The position numbers were made by a program, and so were the translations under genes. A stretch of 32,000 nt of DNA from Synechocystis sp. PCC 6803 substr. PCC-P. Lineage in GTDB: Bacteria; Cyanobacteriota; Cyanobacteriia; Cyanobacteriales; Microcystaceae. The notes under the pieces are model-generated. The model had not been told where the DNA came from. It searched no databases and saw only the letters and a program-made list of their open reading frames with translations. The DNA is taken from contig NC_017039.1 of NCBI RefSeq assembly GCF_000284455.1, positions 3,538,115 through 3,570,114 on the forward strand. The letters run 5' to 3'. Positions 30,934 to 32,000 of the stretch are shown here, one piece after another. Every line of letters begins with the position of its first letter. The first letter of the stretch is position 1.

Positions 30934-31800
30934 GTAGAACAAAAAATAGGTTTGGACAGAGCAAAGTTCACGTCTACGAAAAAGTAGAAATGAAAACCAT
31001 TGCCCCGCCCCTTAACAACTAACTTTTACTCCGTAAATTTTATAGCTATTTGAAATAAAATTAAGACAGTAAGAATTTCTGCAAGGTTTAGATTAAAATT
31101 ACCTTGGTTATTTATATTGCCCTATGCTTAGTTGAATTAGCTATAAACTAAATCAGTCAATTAGTCAGCTAATTTAATTAGGGTTGTAACTTATTTGTTT
31201 GCTGATCAATGACATACTTAAGGAGCAATAAACCTCCGTAAATTGTCAAAATATATACTGATGCCACCAACAATATTTTCAAAACCATAATGTCCCTCAA
31301 AAACATTAACTACTGTGATTAATTTGGTTGTAACGATCTGCCATCCCATCCAAGACCAACTCCGAGGGCAGTATATTTCATTATTTCCTGACCCAAGGGC
31401 AATGTTCCGAGGACTTCGTAATCCTTATCCGTTGCTCAACACCCTAGAATCAATGTTATTTTTCCCTAGAATCTCCCACTGCCCCGATCGCCATGGAGAC
31501 AGACATAGTACTAATGAGTACGACTCGACGCCAAAAAACCGGGGATCAGACAAAATCTAGACCCTGGAGAGCTCTCTGTAATTGATTGCAAATCCTTACC
31601 CCTAGCCTAACACAGCCAGCCCGAGTCCGGGGATCTTTTTTTGCTCCGGCATCAGCGCAAAAGTAGAACAAAGTTCAGTCAAGGGCGGCGATCACCCCAA
31701 AAATCCAGAATCGACATTTTTAGTTCACAAGAGGTTATCTTAAAATAAGCATCAAGATATGTAAACTTTCGTAAACACATCTGCCAAGTTTGGCCAGCCG

Positions 31801-32000
31801 ATGATCTCCACTACCTCCCTGTTTGCCCCCGTTGACCAAGACCTCCGTTTATTAACGGATAATCTCAAGCGGCTTGTCGGTGCTCGGCATCCTATCCTGG
31901 GGGCGGCGGCGGAACATTTATTTGAGGCAGGGGGAAAGCGGGTGCGGCCGGCCATTGTGTTGTTAGTTTCCCGCGCAACCCTATTAGACCAAGAATTAAC
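31801..32000 (+). CDS. sds: Polyprenyl (solanesyl) diphosphate synthase, N-terminal part, truncated by the right window edge
   Basis: MISTTSLFAPVDQDLRLLTDNLKRLVGARHPILGAAAEHLFEAGGKRVRPAIVLLVSRA; GGKRxRP is diagnostic for trans-prenyltransferases. Confidence 0.85.
   Translation, partial: MISTTSLFAPVDQDLRLLTDNLKRLVGARHPILGAAAEHLFEAGGKRVRPAIVLLVSRATLLDQEL

Noticed and set aside
31315-31560. 81-aa ORF in the gap before the polyprenyl synthase gene
   Set aside because: Composition looks non-coding and I recognise no family; the region is kept only as an open question.

Overview
This window looks like an ordinary, gene-dense cyanobacterial chromosome segment. Protein sequences, gene order and dense GCGATCGC (HIP1) sites match my recollection of Synechocystis sp. 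PCC 6803, roughly slr0591-slr0611 and sll0558-sll0574, but I ran no database search. I could assign about 25 CDSs. They include O-antigen-type ABC exporter parts (ATPase truncated at the left edge), nrdB, arcC next to a cPGS-like P-loop protein, a GH10-like secreted protein, a ZIP-like permease with an internal cNMP-binding domain, recA, a MacB-like permease, fur, a creatininase-family protein, purH, spkC, a thioredoxin-reductase-like flavoprotein, dnaE-N, lepA, a glutathionyl-hydroquinone-reductase-like GST, a GT9 glycosyltransferase, a small cNMP-binding-domain protein, hisIE, a CobW/COG0523 GTPase, an ABC-2 permease, and the start of a solanesyl/polyprenyl diphosphate synthase. The most striking system is the naturally split DNA polymerase III alpha gene: dnaE-N ends in the N-terminal half of a trans-splicing intein (22798..23166). 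It is well described, not new. Less explained items are a short ORF and possible rearrangement scar after the split intein, the ZIP-cNMP fusion, the arcC/cPGS-like pair, a hydrophobic glycine-phased decapeptide-repeat protein, a flavoprotein with a degenerate NADPH motif, and a small MITE-like inverted-repeat element. I found no CRISPR array, rRNA, tRNA or intact transposase.
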